A stretch of DNA of 64,000 nt, taken from NCBI RefSeq assembly GCF_009914755.1, contig NC_060945.1; one strand, written 5' to 3'. Shown piece after piece: positions 43,201 to 60,749 of this stretch. The position numbers and the translations under genes were made by a program. The notes beneath the pieces are model-generated. The model had not been told where the DNA came from, did not search any database, and saw only the letters and a list, made by a program, of their open reading frames with translations. Source of the DNA: the human T2T-CHM13v2.0 reference genome, Homo sapiens. The stretch's first letter is position 1; the number at the start of each line of letters is the position of its first letter.

Positions 43201-43875
43201 CCAACCGGGAGACTCAGCTGATACTGCTTCCTTGAGATTTAATACACCTTCCTTTGATCTCTCCTGTCCCCATTATCCCAGGAAAATCCAGAGTAGCTTC
43301 CAGTCCATTCTCATTAATCCACTGGATCCAAAGTTTAGAGAGGTTCCCCTTCCCTCCAGCCTCCTTCCTGGCCCAACAGAGGAGCACCCCACCACCCTCC
43401 ATCAGCTGCTCAAAACCCACAAGGGAAAAATCCCTACAGGTCCATGCCAGGAGGTAGTGGAGCTACCCTCAGGTTCCATTAAGTCATACCAGAAGGCTGA
43501 GTGTAGAAATGACATTAAGAGGGGTTCCATCTGTAGGGAAAGGGTTCAAGATGCAAAGCTTTACAGAAGGTTCTCCGTCTAATTGTGAAGATTAAGAGCA
43601 CTGGTGGACCTAGGAAGATGAAGAATGGAGAGTGGGAAACCAGCAGAGATTTCAGGAAATGTATAGGGGCATCTTCATCGTTCAAAGCACCGGAGAGACA
43701 AAGATTATTAGACTGTGGTCCCTGCCCTTAAGGAGCCCTGGCTACAGGTGACACAAACTGAGAAGAGTTGGTGTCTATTAAAAGTGAGAAGGCAGCTCTG
43801 TCTGATAGAGCATATTGCAAGCCATGTGTGTTTTAGATTTGCTAGTAGCCACATTTTTAAAAAGTCCAAAGATTG

Positions 43876-45148
<1,273 letters not shown>

Positions 45149-45457
45149 GCTCTGAGAAGGAAACACACTCGGCTGGGCACAGTGACGTACTCCATCTCAC
45201 ATCTGCCTCAGTGAGGGATCAGGGCAGCAAACGAGGGCCAAGACCATCTGAGCCAGCCCCACATCTAGAACTCCCAGACCCTGGACTTAGCCACCAGAGA
45301 GCTACATTTTAAAGGCTGTCTTGGCAAAAATACTCCATTTGGGAACTCACTGCCTTATAAAGGCTTTCATGATGTTTTCAGAAGTTGGCCACTGAGAGTG
45401 TAATTTTCAGCCTTTTATATCACTAAAATAAGATCATGTTTTAATTGTGAGAAACAG

Positions 45458-45839
<382 letters not shown>

Positions 45840-45981
45840 TTATGGATGGACTGATCTGAAAATCAACCTCAACTCAAGGGTGGTCAGCTCAATGCTACAC
45901 AGAGCACGGACTTTTGGATTCTTTGCAGTACTTTGAATTTATTTTTCTACCTATATATGTTTTATATGCTGCTGGTGCTCC

Positions 45982-45987
45982 ATTAAA
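45982..45987 (+). terminator. IL10RB: IL10RB main poly(A) signal ATTAAA
   Basis: Variant hexamer about 830 nt after the stop, with U-rich upstream and GU-rich downstream sequence. Confidence 0.75.
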
Positions 45988-46661
45988 GTTTTACTCTGTG
46001 TTGCACTATATGTGTTCATGATACTACCTGTGTGTCATTGTTAGATACTGAAAAAAGCTCTAGTTTGCCATCTTGATGTCCACTCATTCCACAAGTACTT
46101 CCTAGACCCTGCCTGCTGTTGACCAGGCACTGTGTTAGGTACTAGGTCTCAGTCATCTGGGAGCTCTCAGTCTAAAGCTTCAAAAACTAGAATTGCAGTC
46201 AAGGGCCAGATCCGTTATTAAAAAAAAAAAAACCTAGAAATAAAAAGTATAGTTGTGGAAGTTTAAAAAGCCAGGGGACAGGCTTAACAACAGATTAGAC
46301 ACAGAACTGAGCAAAAAAGGGAGTCTCCAGGTACAATGGCTCACTTCTGTAATCCCAGAACTTTGGGAGGCTGAAGTGGGAGGATCACTTGGGCCCAGGA
46401 GTTGAGACCATTCCAGGCAACATGGTGAGACCCCTTCTCTACAAAAAGTTTTAAAATTAGGCATGGTGGCATGTGTCTGTAGTCCCAGCTACTCAGGAGG
46501 CTGAGGTGGGAGGATAGCTTGAGCCCAGGAGGTCAAGACTGCAGTGAGCTATGTTCATGCCATTGCCCTCCGGCCCTGCCTGGGTGATGGAATGAGACCC
46601 TGTCAAAAAAAAAGAAAGAAAGAAAGGAAAGAAAAAAAAGAAAAGAAAGAGAAAAGGAAGG

Positions 46662-47401
<740 letters not shown>

Positions 47402-47539
47402 CTAAATAAATAAATAAATAATAAAATAAAAAATTATTTTTGAAATTGAATTTTAAGATCTTGTTACACTTTTTTAAAGAAAAAAGAAGTTATTATCCAG
47501 GGCACAGTACAGAGAAACAAAAGAATGGAAAATATGAGT

Positions 47540-48087
47540 GGTTAGGATACAAGCCTGAAAAATCAAGCTGCAAGCGTAGATAAGCAAGCTGGAAGCTTGC
47601 ACAGGTGAATGTGGCAGCTGTGCCAATAGAAAAGGGATACCTGGAAGCCAAGTACATCCAATATGGAGGTTCCTCCTCCCTTCTCTTTGTCGTCATGTGT
47701 GCAGGTGTCATGGTGCTGGCCAGGTAGAGACCCCATCTGCAGAATAAAAGATTAGGGTGGGATGGCCAGCCTCTTTGTGGGCTATGTAAATGGCACAGCT
47801 GGCCCAACCAATCCACTATGCCCTATATAAATCAAACACTGCCTCTTCAAGCTCATCTGTAAAACCAACCGTATCTTGCCCCAAACCCGGAAACCCACTC
47901 GGACCCACTCGCACTCCCTCCCTCTGCACAAGGAAGCTCTCTCTTCTTTCTTTCAACTATTGAACTTCCACTGTTAAACCCAGTTTTTGTGTGTCCATGT
48001 CTTCGATTTCCTGTGCCTGTGATTTCAATTTCCTTAGCATAAGACAATGAATCTTGGGTATTTCCCCAGACAAAGGATGCCACTTCA
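47540..48087 (+). mobile_element. ERV1 LTR, MER61-like, apparently 5'-truncated
   Basis: CCAAT boxes, TATA-like ctatataaatca, and end gggtatttccccagacaaaggatgccacttca. Confidence 0.55.
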
Positions 48088-49067
48088 CCAGGAAGTGACT
48101 AAGGGAAGAACACCTGTGGGAAAATGTCCAAGAATTCTGGGACCAGAAGGGGTTTCAGCAGAGCATCTGTGGGCCACCAATCAGACATTCTAGCAGAAAA
48201 CATATGTCCAGTTGGTTTGAAAGACTCCCTGAGGAGAAGACAGTGTAAGCCATCCTCACCCCCTTCCACCCTTCCTCCTCGCTCTTTCTGGCTGCCTCGC
48301 CTTGTTGAAAATATCTCACTTCCTTTTGGGGCTCCTGCCCCTCCCCTAACATACCTCCCACACCCATCCCCAGACTGGTTTAGCCTCCAGGGCACCTTTG
48401 TTCCTTCCTCTCACAACCATGGGTCTCAGCCGTAGCTGCACACTGTGGCCGCCAGGAGAGCTTTAGAAATGTGGATGCCCAGGCCTTACCATGACCAGTG
48501 AATTTCAGCTCTCTGCAGAGGGATTTTTGCATCAGCATTTTTTAAAGCTCCTAGGTGATTGCAGTTTGCAGTCAAGGTGGAGAACAGCTGCTGTAGCAGA
48601 GCAGTTATGATAGATTGAAAGGACGTGCTTACCTGCACTTCTGTGTGACCTTATGTTATCTGGCTTTCAAAGGGGTCGCTTTCTTTTAATACCCAGCTAA
48701 CTGACTCCACTCATTACCTTGTGCTTCCACAGGAAGATTTCTTTCCTGAGGGGTTGTGAGTGTCTCTGGGAAACATGCCCCAGGAATGCATCCTTCCCAT
48801 GCACTTCAGCCTTCTCGGCTGCTCACCACTGACCACCTGGGAAGCAATTCTCCAAGTTGCTACCCCTTTCTTTGTGCCTAATAAGATAATCCTAAGTAGC
48901 TGGTACAAAGAAATATTTGTTGAATTAATGAATAATAAATAATGATGGCTAGGTGCGGTGGCTCACCCCTGTAATCCCAGCACTTTGGGAGGCCGAGGCG
49001 GGTGGATCACCTGAGGTCAGGAGTTTGAGACCAGCCTGGTTAACATGGTGATACCCCGTCTCTACTA

Positions 49068-49289
<222 letters not shown>

Positions 49290-49406
49290 TTAAACAGAGA
49301 GCTGTAAGTTAACAAATCACCATAAAACATATGCAAGCGAAAAACAAAAATAAAACAAATATGCAAAGTAAAAGAAAACAGTTATGTTCTGTACAGGATA
49401 TCCAGA

Positions 49407-49745
49407 TGCTACAGTCTGGATGTTTGTGCCTCTCCAAAATTCGTATGTAGAAATCTTTAGGAGGTGGTGAATGGGATTAATGACCTCATAAAAGAGGAGC
49501 TGCCCATCTCTTCCACCATGTGAGGACACAGAGAAGGTGCCACCTATGAGGACAGGCCCTCACCAGACACTCAATCTGCTGATGCCGTTCTCAGAGGTGT
49601 TTGAACCAGAGCGACTCCATCTTGAAGAGGGGCTGGGTAAAGTATGGCTGAAACCTACTGGGCTACATTCCTTGGACAATTTCTGTTGTTTTGAACCACG
49701 CAGCTTGCGATCATTTGTTACTTCTGCCGCAGGAAACTTAATCCA
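49407..49745 (+). mobile_element. Deleted MaLR LTR (MLT1A-like) carrying an 81-bp MER41 5' fragment at 49591-49671
   Basis: ccaccatgtgaggacacagagaagg...caccagacactcaatctgct, then tcagaggtgtttgaaccagagcgactccatcttgaa...ggctacattcc, then ttggac/aatttctgttgttt. Confidence 0.7.
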
Positions 49746-52118
49746 GCACGGAAAGACTCTGTTGTTTTACCCTGACCAGTTCTAATATCTTCTTAGTATC
49801 TAAAATGGGGAAGAAGATGGGCAGAGGGTCATTCAGATTTATTTTACGGGAACTTAGTATCTTACTCTTCTCAGCAAGGGACTTAGCTGAGAATGACTGG
49901 GCATGCTGTCTCACTGTCCCATTTCCTGAACTCTCTAGTTCAGAAAATGCTGTTGCAAATCAACTTCCTTAAAAAACAAACGGGAAGTAAAAAACAAAGT
50001 CTATTTTATGAACTAGAGTCTCAGAGACTCAACATGATTTTTCTCCCTGAGTCAGGTCCATGGTTCTGTCTCCTGACCACCTCACCACTCCTGTTTGAAT
50101 CAAGCAGACACCAAACAATGTCTTTGTTTCCATGCCCATGAGAACTCTTAATTAAACAGCCACTGACTATTGGGCTGGCACTTTACGAGGTCAAATTTAT
50201 TGCTGTTGGATTGTGATAAAAAAGATAACCGGAAGGTTAAAGCTGTGGGAGTAATATCTCTGAGCAGGAGGAGTCATGGCAAGGACAGACTTTAAATTGG
50301 GTTAAACAATTCAATATAAACAGGAAACACAAGCCAGCTGCAGTTCCCCTCCTCTTGGCCTCTGCCTGGGGCCTGCCTGCTACTGGGCTGCCCCTGAGGG
50401 TCGCATTGCACACCTGCCCTATGGAGCTGATGGGGTGGGAGCGATAGCCAACCCTTACTTACTGCTTCCTATGTGCAGGTCTTGTTCTAAGCACTTTTAC
50501 ATTTTCATTTAATTCCCACAGCAACCCAGTTAAGCAGATACTATTATCTGCCTCATTTTTCAGATAAAGAAACTATGGCACAGAGAGGTTCAATCACTTA
50601 CCTAAGATCACACAGGCAAGAAGTGACAGAGCCAGGACTTGAACCCAAGTGGTCTGGCTCCAGACTCAATCATCTAAGATAGCCACCCATGATCCCCACC
50701 TCCTGGTAGCCACACCCTTGAGTAATCCCTTCCTCTTGAGTGTGGACAGTGCCAATGACCTGCTTCTACCCATGGAAAGCGACACAGGTGACAGGATGCT
50801 GTCTTAGATTCCATAGGATTGTAATTCTCATCTTGCCAGCAGACTCTCTCTGTTGCCTTCTTGGACAGCACACTTGCATGAAGCAAGCTGCCATATTGGA
50901 GAAGTCACATGGCTAGGACCTGAGGATGCCTCCTCCAGCCAACAACGAACAGGGAATCGAGGTTCTCAATCCAACAGCAACAGGGTGAGGCACTGTTCTA
51001 AAAACAAGAGGCTGGAGCTCAAGGTGGACTTTCAGCGATTCCCTGCTCCTCATCCAGGGAGCTGCCAATCAGGCATAAGTCACGCCCCTTCTGCCAGGCA
51101 GGAGACTTCTTTCATTTCTAGGGAAATGGAAGCTGGGGGTTCCCCGATGACTGCTCCATGCGGGAGTGCCAAGGCTGGGCCCCCTTGCGTTAACTTCAGG
51201 CAACTCTGAATCATCATCCATCTCCAACTTCTCCCTCTGCCCAATCCTACTTTCCTCACTCCTTACAAGTGTTGTCCCCAAGAGCATTTCCAGATGAATT
51301 TCCCACATGCAAATTTTCCTTCCAGAGTGTGTTTCCAGGGAACCCAGCCTAATCTAGAGATCTTGGGAAGACCTGTTGCCGCAGAGTGATGACAATAAAG
51401 TCTAGACTTCATGGTATTGAGGAGTGAACAGGAGGGTGTGGAGAAGCTGGGACAGCAGGTGTAGCCAACTCCTTTGAGAAGGACGGCTTTTGGGCTCAGA
51501 AGAAGTGTGACAGTGTCTGGAAGGGGCAAGAAGAAAGTCGAGGGGGGGATATTTCAGGTGAGTGATATTACACCACCATGGTATACTGTCGCCTGAGGCC
51601 TGTAGACAGGAAATGAGGAGTCCGGCTCCTAGTTAGAATCCCAGGGCTGGTTTTTCAGGACTGACCCTGGGCAACTTTAAGGCTGTACCAAGGAGGCCTC
51701 ACAGGGAGGCTCCCTCTCCAGACCAGAACTGGCATAGCCAGTGCACTGCAGTCCCTGGAGGGAGCTGCGGTCAAGGTCTCAGGCCCCTGCTGACCATGCT
51801 CTTATGCACACCTGTGTTCCCAGCCTTGCACGTGTGCCCAAGGCCTTCTTCAGGCACCTCAACTAAGGCCTCCTTATTCTCAGGGAGTAGGGAAGGGGGA
51901 GCCACGAAGACATTGTTATCCTCTCTGACTCAGTTCTTTCCTACTCCTGGCCCTGTCCTCTCTCCCTCCCGCTAGTTCCCGGGTCCATAAAACTACAGAA
52001 GCCTCAACAGAGAGATGACCTTCACCCCCACATCTATACTGATTACTTGACTCTTGACTGGAGCTCTGTTGCGGGGAGGGTGGAATCCTCTTGCTTCTGC
52101 CCCTGCAGTGAGTGATGA

Positions 52119-52554
<436 letters not shown>

Positions 52555-54063
52555 TGACCAGACCTACAGCCCCCGCTCTGGCCTTTGGCAGGAGGAGGGA
52601 TACTCCCGAGGTTGTCACTGGAGAGAACACAGGCCAGGGACAGGCAGTTGATCCCACTAAGGGGGTGAGGGGTTAAGGAAGCCTGGTGTCTTCTATGTTC
52701 CTGGCAAAGTATAGGTCATCAACAAAGGGAGGGAAGAGAGGGGCTTGGGAGGAAATGAGTAGGATGGAGCAGCTCCCTAGGGGAATGAGAAAGTGAGCCC
52801 ACCTGACCAGGCAGAGGGCTGATGGGGCAGTGCCAGAGCCCGCTAGAAAACCAGTGACAGAAAAGCTGCAAGGTGCCCAGCTTGGTGACCAGCCAGTAGC
52901 AGGGTCTGCAAGATGGCTGGCTCCTCCTTCCCAGCACAATGAGCATTTCTGCCACGGCGGGGACAGCACAGCACAGCGCTGTTGGCCAGGAAGGGGGCTG
53001 AAGAAGAGCCCTCCCAGGGGGAATGTTGGCATTGTTGCTCTGTTTCTAGTTTCCACAGCAGTCTGGAGGAAAAAAGGACCCAGCCTGAAGATGCATCAAA
53101 AAGTGATTGACACTAAGCCCAGTTGAACAGCCAAAGCCTGAAGGCAGGGAAATTCAAACACCGAGTCAGCCGGCAAAGTACAAGCCATGCTGACTCGGCC
53201 TGCTGAGCCATCAGCAGGATGGCTGGATTACCGCTGATCCAGCCAATATCCATCCAGAGATTACACACCGTCCCTCAAGGTGCAATCGCGGTTTCTTTTT
53301 CTTCTGGTTCTTTCTTCAGCACCAGCTAACAGAGCATCACTGATACTGTTTTCCTGAAAGCTTGCAAGGATCCCAAATGGGCTGCCCTGAAAGGCCCCCT
53401 ACCTTTGAGCATGCGCACTCTCCTGGGGATTTTGTGAGTTCCCCAGCTCCCAAGTATACACAGAGCCAGATCTACAGTAGCAGACGCCTCATCATTGCAG
53501 GTCTGAATGGCCAGGAAGACATGAAATTGATGTTTCAGTTGACTGAATTGATCAGCACTTTTGTAATCAGTTAAACCAAGCCAGTTCCTTCTTCAAACAA
53601 GCAGTTACAAAATGGCTTTTATTGGTGGCATCACAAACACTATGTGATTAGTCATTGTCTTGTCTCAGGCTGTACTATCAAGATAAGACATTCAAACAGC
53701 GTTATTTTCCTAAAGATCGTAAGACTAAGGACACAAAAAAAGCAAAACTGGCTGGTTAGAGCCAATAACCTCCACAGTTCCTTACATAATGAGCAAAGGC
53801 TGTCCAAAAAAGGTAAAGAGCCTATTCTACTATTCTATGTAGATAAGGTCTCGTGGGAGGAAGTACCATCTCCTATCCCTGGTTCTAAGTCTTCAACTGT
53901 TTTTGTTGTTGTTGTTTTGAGATAGAGTCTTCCTCTGTTACCCAGGCTGGAGTGGCATGATCTCAGCTCACTGCAGCTTCCATCTCCCCAGGCTCAGGTG
54001 ATTATCCCACCTCAGCTTCTGGAGTAGCAGGAACTACCGATGCGCACCACCACGACAGGCTAA

Positions 54064-54216
<153 letters not shown>

Positions 54217-54593
54217 TGATCACCTACACTGGTAAGCAAAGGTCACTCTCACTTCCTAGGTCATGACCTATCAATAGGTCAGAGTCCTAACGGGAAACCC
54301 ATGACACACTCCAACAGAGTAACTGAGAAAGGCATAATGAAGGATCTTATTGTAGCAGCGTAGGCAGGGTGAAGGGAAACCAAAAAACAATACAGTAGCA
54401 ATAGTGGGAAGCTCACTAGCTCTAGGCCTGTTGGGAGGCAGGGGAGGAGCCATTACCCTGGAGAGCACAGGGGTCAGCCACACAGCCCACTAATGGAGAC
54501 CCTGCAGGAAGAGAGCACACCTCATTGTCCCCCACCCTCTGATCTTGGGCTGATGCCTCCCACTGGTGGAACCCACCCAAAGTCAGAGGGTAA

Positions 54594-54806
<213 letters not shown>

Positions 54807-55934
54807 TAAGTGTTTTACCATGTGAGCCAGGCTGGTCTCGGACCTCTGACCTCAAGTGATCTGCCCACCTCGTCCTCCCAAAGTGCTGGGAATACAAGCA
54901 TGAGCCACCACACCCATTTTTGATGCATTTTATACAAGAAGTCTCCCAGGGCATGGAACAGGGCAGGCCCAGAGAAGAATGGATCTGGAGAGGCAGATGG
55001 AAGGCCTACAGCACCCAGGGAAGCAATATGAGAAAAGAATATAAGAACAGAGACTGTGACAAAGCAAATTTAGATCCACAACATTGACATTTTTATAAAA
55101 AGGTTTTTGGAGGTTTATACTGAAAAGTTTTGTAACAATTATATTCATGTGTATCAGATTTGTAAGGTGTTCAAACCATTTTAACATATCCATTTGGCTT
55201 ATAATTTTCATTACATTTTTAGTTTGAAAGAGTTTAATTGATTAAATTTTTAATCATTGTTTAAATACTCGAGGAACCCTAGTTTGTAAAATTCTAGTTT
55301 TTGATATAATAGTTATCTGAGCAGAATGTGAATTTACATCATTGGGTTTTTGGGGGGTGGGGTTGTTTGGAGTGCAGTGGTGCGATCATGGCTCACTGCA
55401 GCCTGGACCCCACTGGGACCCAGCGGTCCTCCTGCCTCAGCCTTCCAAGTAGCTGGGACTACAGGTTCATGCCACCATGCCCAGATAATTTTTTTTACTT
55501 GCTTTGTAGAGATGGGGTCTCACTTTGTTGCCCAGGCTGGTCTTGAACTCCTGGGCTCAAGCAATCCTCCTGCCTTGACTTTCCAAAATGCTGGGAGTCA
55601 CCACACCCAGCCCAACAACATTGTTAGCTGTTTAAAAACAATGATTTAGTGTGGGTTCCCTTCAGTGTGTAAAAATTATTAAAATCGGGTAAGTTTAGCA
55701 TCTGTGGGAGCCAGGAGGGAGCTAAGCGCCTGGTAACCTTCCACTTCTTCTTTCCCTAATTTAGATCATGTCATTCCTCTGCTAAAATCTCCATCATGGC
55801 TTCCTATCTGGCCCAGAATAAAGCCCAAATCCTTGCCAGAGGCTGCAGGCCCCACCGACTACTCCCCTGGCCTCCATTCCTCTGCACCCCTTCTCTCCTC
55901 ATTCTGCAGGGGCTCAGCCTACTTGCTGTGCTTG

Positions 55935-56395
55935 TGTGGAGACAAACGTGACTGCATCTTGGATGCTAATCCACCATGTTGACTTCTGATTCACCCCAGT
56001 CCCTGAAGTCCTCCTGATTCCTACTTTATTTACTGTCCTTAGTGTAAGAACATGTACTCGCTACAAATCCTGCCTTGAGATCAAAGCAACCATAATACTA
56101 TCACACCAAGTACAGGCTATGACGCACATAGCAGTCTTGCCTGTTCTGGACAGTGGTCTTTCATTGACTCTTTGGAGTATGTACCCTCTTTCCCTCTAGT
56201 ATATAATCTCTGGGTCTGAGGGTAACCATGAGAAATCCCTTTGTCTTGCAGCTGCCCAAGACCATGCTTCTGTCTGTGAGTTCCCCAATAAACCACCCTT
56301 TACCGACAAACTGAATTTGTCTTCCTTGTTCTTCGGTTTCTCAGCTCCTTTGGCATTTGGGGGCCTTTTTGCATATAGGGCCCTTTCACGGAACA
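55935..56395 (+). mobile_element. LTR47-like solo LTR inserted in an L2 3' end (about 55755-56795)
   Basis: Starts TGTGGAGACAAACGTGACTGCATCTTGGATGCTAATCC, has AATAAA at 56287 and ends CCCTTTCACGGAACA. The L2 terminal (TGAA)n tail is near 56780. Confidence 0.7.
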
Positions 56396-58646
56396 GCCTG
56401 GGATGTGCCAGAGACACATCTGTCTCAGAGCCCGTGCATATGCTCTTCCCTAAGCATGGATCACTTTCTATTTACACAGCCCTCTCCTTGTGTCATTGCG
56501 TCCAGTGTCTCTTTCTTAGAGAGGCCCTCTCCCTTGCTGTCTCTTGTCCCTCTTTCTTTTTCTTCATAGTATGTAGCATTACTTGACATCATAATATTTC
56601 GATTCAATTCAACAAATATTTTTTGTTCACACATTTGTCCTTGTCCACACTAGATTGTAGGCTCCAGGAGAGCACAGACATTGTATATTTCATTCACTCC
56701 TGGATCCCCAGCCCTTAGAACAGTGCTTGGTGCTTAATAGATGGCTCAAGATCTATTTGTTGAATGCATGGATGTATGAGTGAATGAATGAATGCTCAGG
56801 ATCTTTCAGTAAATCCGTGGCTGACTCATGCCCAGAGTTCAGGTCTTCTATGTTCCTTTCATTGATAGCTGCATTGCCTTCCAGGATTTCCCATCTTTCA
56901 GATTTCCAGAAATTATGTATACATATATACTGTGCCCTCTCAGCTGATGGCTTCCTTTTCCTTTCTTCACAGCTCTCTGGCATCAATTTTTCCACTTCTC
57001 AGAAACACTTTGGCCCACAAATTCCCAAAGGAACCTTGTTCTTCATTCTGGAAAACACGATGCCAACATATCAGAATAAAGGACAGATAGGAGCTTTTGC
57101 TTCAAAGTGAATCACTTCATGGATGTTAAAGTGTCCTGAAAGATTCTAAACTTCACAACTTTTGATAGTAACGGTACTATATTTGCAACATATTTGCATA
57201 TATTAATTGTTATATCTGAAAAGCATGAGATTGCTGTTTTATAAAATTAAATGAAGTAAGTTAATATTTTATTGCTAGGTATAAGAACTGCTGATGAGGA
57301 CATCTATAGAAGTAGAAAATTCTAAATGTCCTACCATCACCAATAAGAAACTTTTGACAGTCCCGTAGATACAATATAATCACATGGAAAACTGTATACA
57401 GTATATTGTATGTGAAGATCCCACAAAAAGAATAGGGACTGTAGGAAATATAATCATCTAAGCTACGGGTAAGAAGAACATCAAGATTCTTTAAAGCAAT
57501 GGCTCTCAAAGTGTGTTTCCTAGACCAGCAGCATCAGCACCACATGAAAGCTTAGGAATGCAAACTCTCCAGCCCCGCCTTGGGCCTACTGGCTCAGCAA
57601 CTGTGAGGGAGAGGTCTGTATTTTCATCTATGTTATAACAGGTCCTTGGGTGACTCCAATAAACACTAAAGTTGGCAAACCATTGCCTTTAAGGGTGCAT
57701 AAGGTGTTAATTTAGTACAAAATTTGCAGTTTTCTGTGTTGTTGTGACTTTCTATTTTTGCAGGAGTAGAAAAGTACCCCATTGCAGTAGAGATAAGTGG
57801 ATCTGAAACCCCAACAGCAGCTGAAGAGGTTCTTTATGACAGCTGGAACCTGCACTCCAGTTGCCCTTGCACGTTTGTGGTTTAGCAGTCCCAGAGACAA
57901 ATCTGCCACTTCTGGCTTGCATCCAACAAAAGTGCAGCTGTTCATCATTAGGAGATGTTGGCTGATGTACATAGACATGTAAGAAAGATTCAAAGCGTCA
58001 TGGATGGATCACCAATAACACCAGCATATGCAAGACCAGAGGAGAGTGTGTGATCCAGGTCCTAGGATTGACAAATGAGGACTCAGTCCCTACTTGGGTT
58101 GGTGTTTTATTTTGACTTTTTTCTGAAACAGCAGAGAAGCTTACCAAATAATCACAAGGAGATAAGAAAGTGTTTACATTTGTTTCAGTTGCTCTTCACT
58201 GCCTCCTTATGACCAACACTCACAATTCTATGGTCTTAGCAGTTGCACTAAGAAGTCAGAAGAACCTGCTATTGTGGGTTCATAATCTTTTATTACCTTT
58301 CACTGAGAAACAATTTATACTACTAAACAAGATATCAGTTATGATGCTCAAGATTTTAAGTGCCTTTTGAACTAAAAACAAACAAAAAAATTGTGACCTG
58401 CATATAATGTAAATGGTTTATCTTCAAGTCAAAAGCCACAGGTTTACCTCTGCAGCTTTACTCTTTCCTAAACATTGCTTTCGTGTATTGCTTATGCATG
58501 CTTTCTGCGTCCCAAAAAGTATGTAGAGAATAACAGTTTAAGTCCTCCAGATGAGTTACTACCTCTACTACATGTTTCATTCTCATTACATGTTGCATTG
58601 CTTATTAATATCTGTGTTTTGTAGTGGACTTCATGAGGACAGGTAA

Positions 58647-59016
58647 TGTTACCAACTGAATTGTGTACCCCCAAAATTCACATGTTGAAACCCTAATCCC
58701 CAATGTGACTGTATTTGAAGTAGGGCCTACAGCAGGTAATTAAGGTTAAATGAGGTCATAAGGGTGGGGCCCTGAATCGATGAGATTAGTGTCCTTATAA
58801 GAAGAAACAGCAGAGACCTTGTTCTCTCCACCATATGAGGACACAGTGAGAATGTAGCCATCTGTGAGCAGGAAGGGAGGCCTCACCAGGATCCAAATGA
58901 GCCAGAACCTTAATCTTGGACTTCTCACCCTGCAGAACTGTGAGAAAATAAATTTCTGTTGTTTAAGCCACATAATTTGTGGTATTTTGTTATGGCGGCC
59001 TGAGCAGACTAATACA
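58647..59016 (+). mobile_element. Complete sense MLT1A/B MaLR LTR with intact AATAAA at 58947-58952
   Basis: tgttaccaactgaattgtgtacccccaaaattca...agaactgtgagaaaataaatttctgttgtttaagcca...gagcagactaataca. Confidence 0.85.
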
Positions 59017-59575
59017 GATACCATGTCTATCTTGTTCATTATCCTATCTTCTGTGTTATAGTTTATCAAATATATGTTTAGTAAGATGCATCCTAGTTAG
59101 AAGGCATTGAACTTGGGCTTAAATAACTGCTGCATCGTGTTACATTTCCAGGATTTTTTCTCTCTTTCATGAACTCTGTGAAGAAATTTTACTTAGAAAA
59201 AACTGACACTGTCATTGGCATTACAAGAGGTGCTCTACAGGACTTGTGTGACCCACAGTAATCCTGCAAAAAAGCCATGTCATCCACTCATGGACAGATT
59301 TAAGCTTAAAATTCTTCCAGAGTTTGCAATGGGATATCTCCCTTTATCTTCTCTGTGGTACAGAGACAGTTTTCTGTTAATTTCCACATAAGGGCTTTCC
59401 ATGAACATGGTAAACAAAAAAGGGAGAAAGCAACAAGTTATAGCACTCTGAGTAGGTAGGTTTCATGAGAGCAGAGAGGTGATCAGGAAGGCAGAGATGT
59501 GAACAGACCAGATGTCTTGGGGGCTCAAGACCAGTATACATGGTGTGGGAACAAATATTAAGTCTTTTATTTTTA

Positions 59576-59719
<144 letters not shown>

Positions 59720-59780
59720 TCACTTGAGGTCAGGTGTTTGTGACTAGCCTGGCCAACATGGGGAAATCCTGTCCCTACTA

Positions 59781-59939
<159 letters not shown>

Positions 59940-60749
59940 TCACAGAGTGAGAGGATTCCTTGAGCCCAGGAGTTTAAGGCTGCACCACTGCTAGGATCAC
60001 ACCACTGCACTCCAGCCTGGGCAACAAGCAAGACCCCATCTCATAAAAAGCCTTTAAAATCCCTTTTTAAATGTCTATAAAAGGCATCCTTTTCAAATGT
60101 TTATTTTGTATGTGATTTACGATGTGCATAAAAATATGTGCAGTAATATGCGTATTTAGCTTATAGATAAATAACAATACACCTACTGGGAATGCATGAT
60201 CAACGTTGTTGTTTTCCTACTGGAATTATGTAATAAAAAATATCTAAAGGCTGCTGTTCTTGACTCAGGTATGACAGAAAGGTGGAAACAAAACGAGGAG
60301 GTACAAACACTAATGGGTTAATTAAAAGTCAGTCAACAGAATAGCAGTGGCAAAAAGCTTCCCACACTCCTCTGCTGCCTGCCTCTCCCCTTCCTGAGGC
60401 AGTCAGGCATTTGTCTAAGTCACCCTTAGGCAAAAAATTATAGATCTGTTCTTCTCAATAATTGAATTAACCACCCTGGCAATATTACTGCACTCTTCAG
60501 TAGGCCAAAGGGAAGAGTTCACCATTCTGGCAGTTGGTGTCCACAATCTTGCAATGTCTCACACCCTACTTCCCTACTTATCCTACAGGGATGCTTCCAG
60601 AGATAAGTTCTGCCTCAAAAACACATGTCTTCATTTTCTTGAGAAAGACTCTGTTAATACTAGCTACCTAAAAAAAATCAACCTGCTGTCTCCTTTAAAA
60701 TATATTTAAAAAATACTCAAAGATTGCCAATGAGAAAAATAAAAGAAAA

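Noticed and set aside
43163-43582. 139-aa ORF starting in a TG repeat
   Set aside because: The start is a non-ATG codon inside the microsatellite and I recognise no homology.
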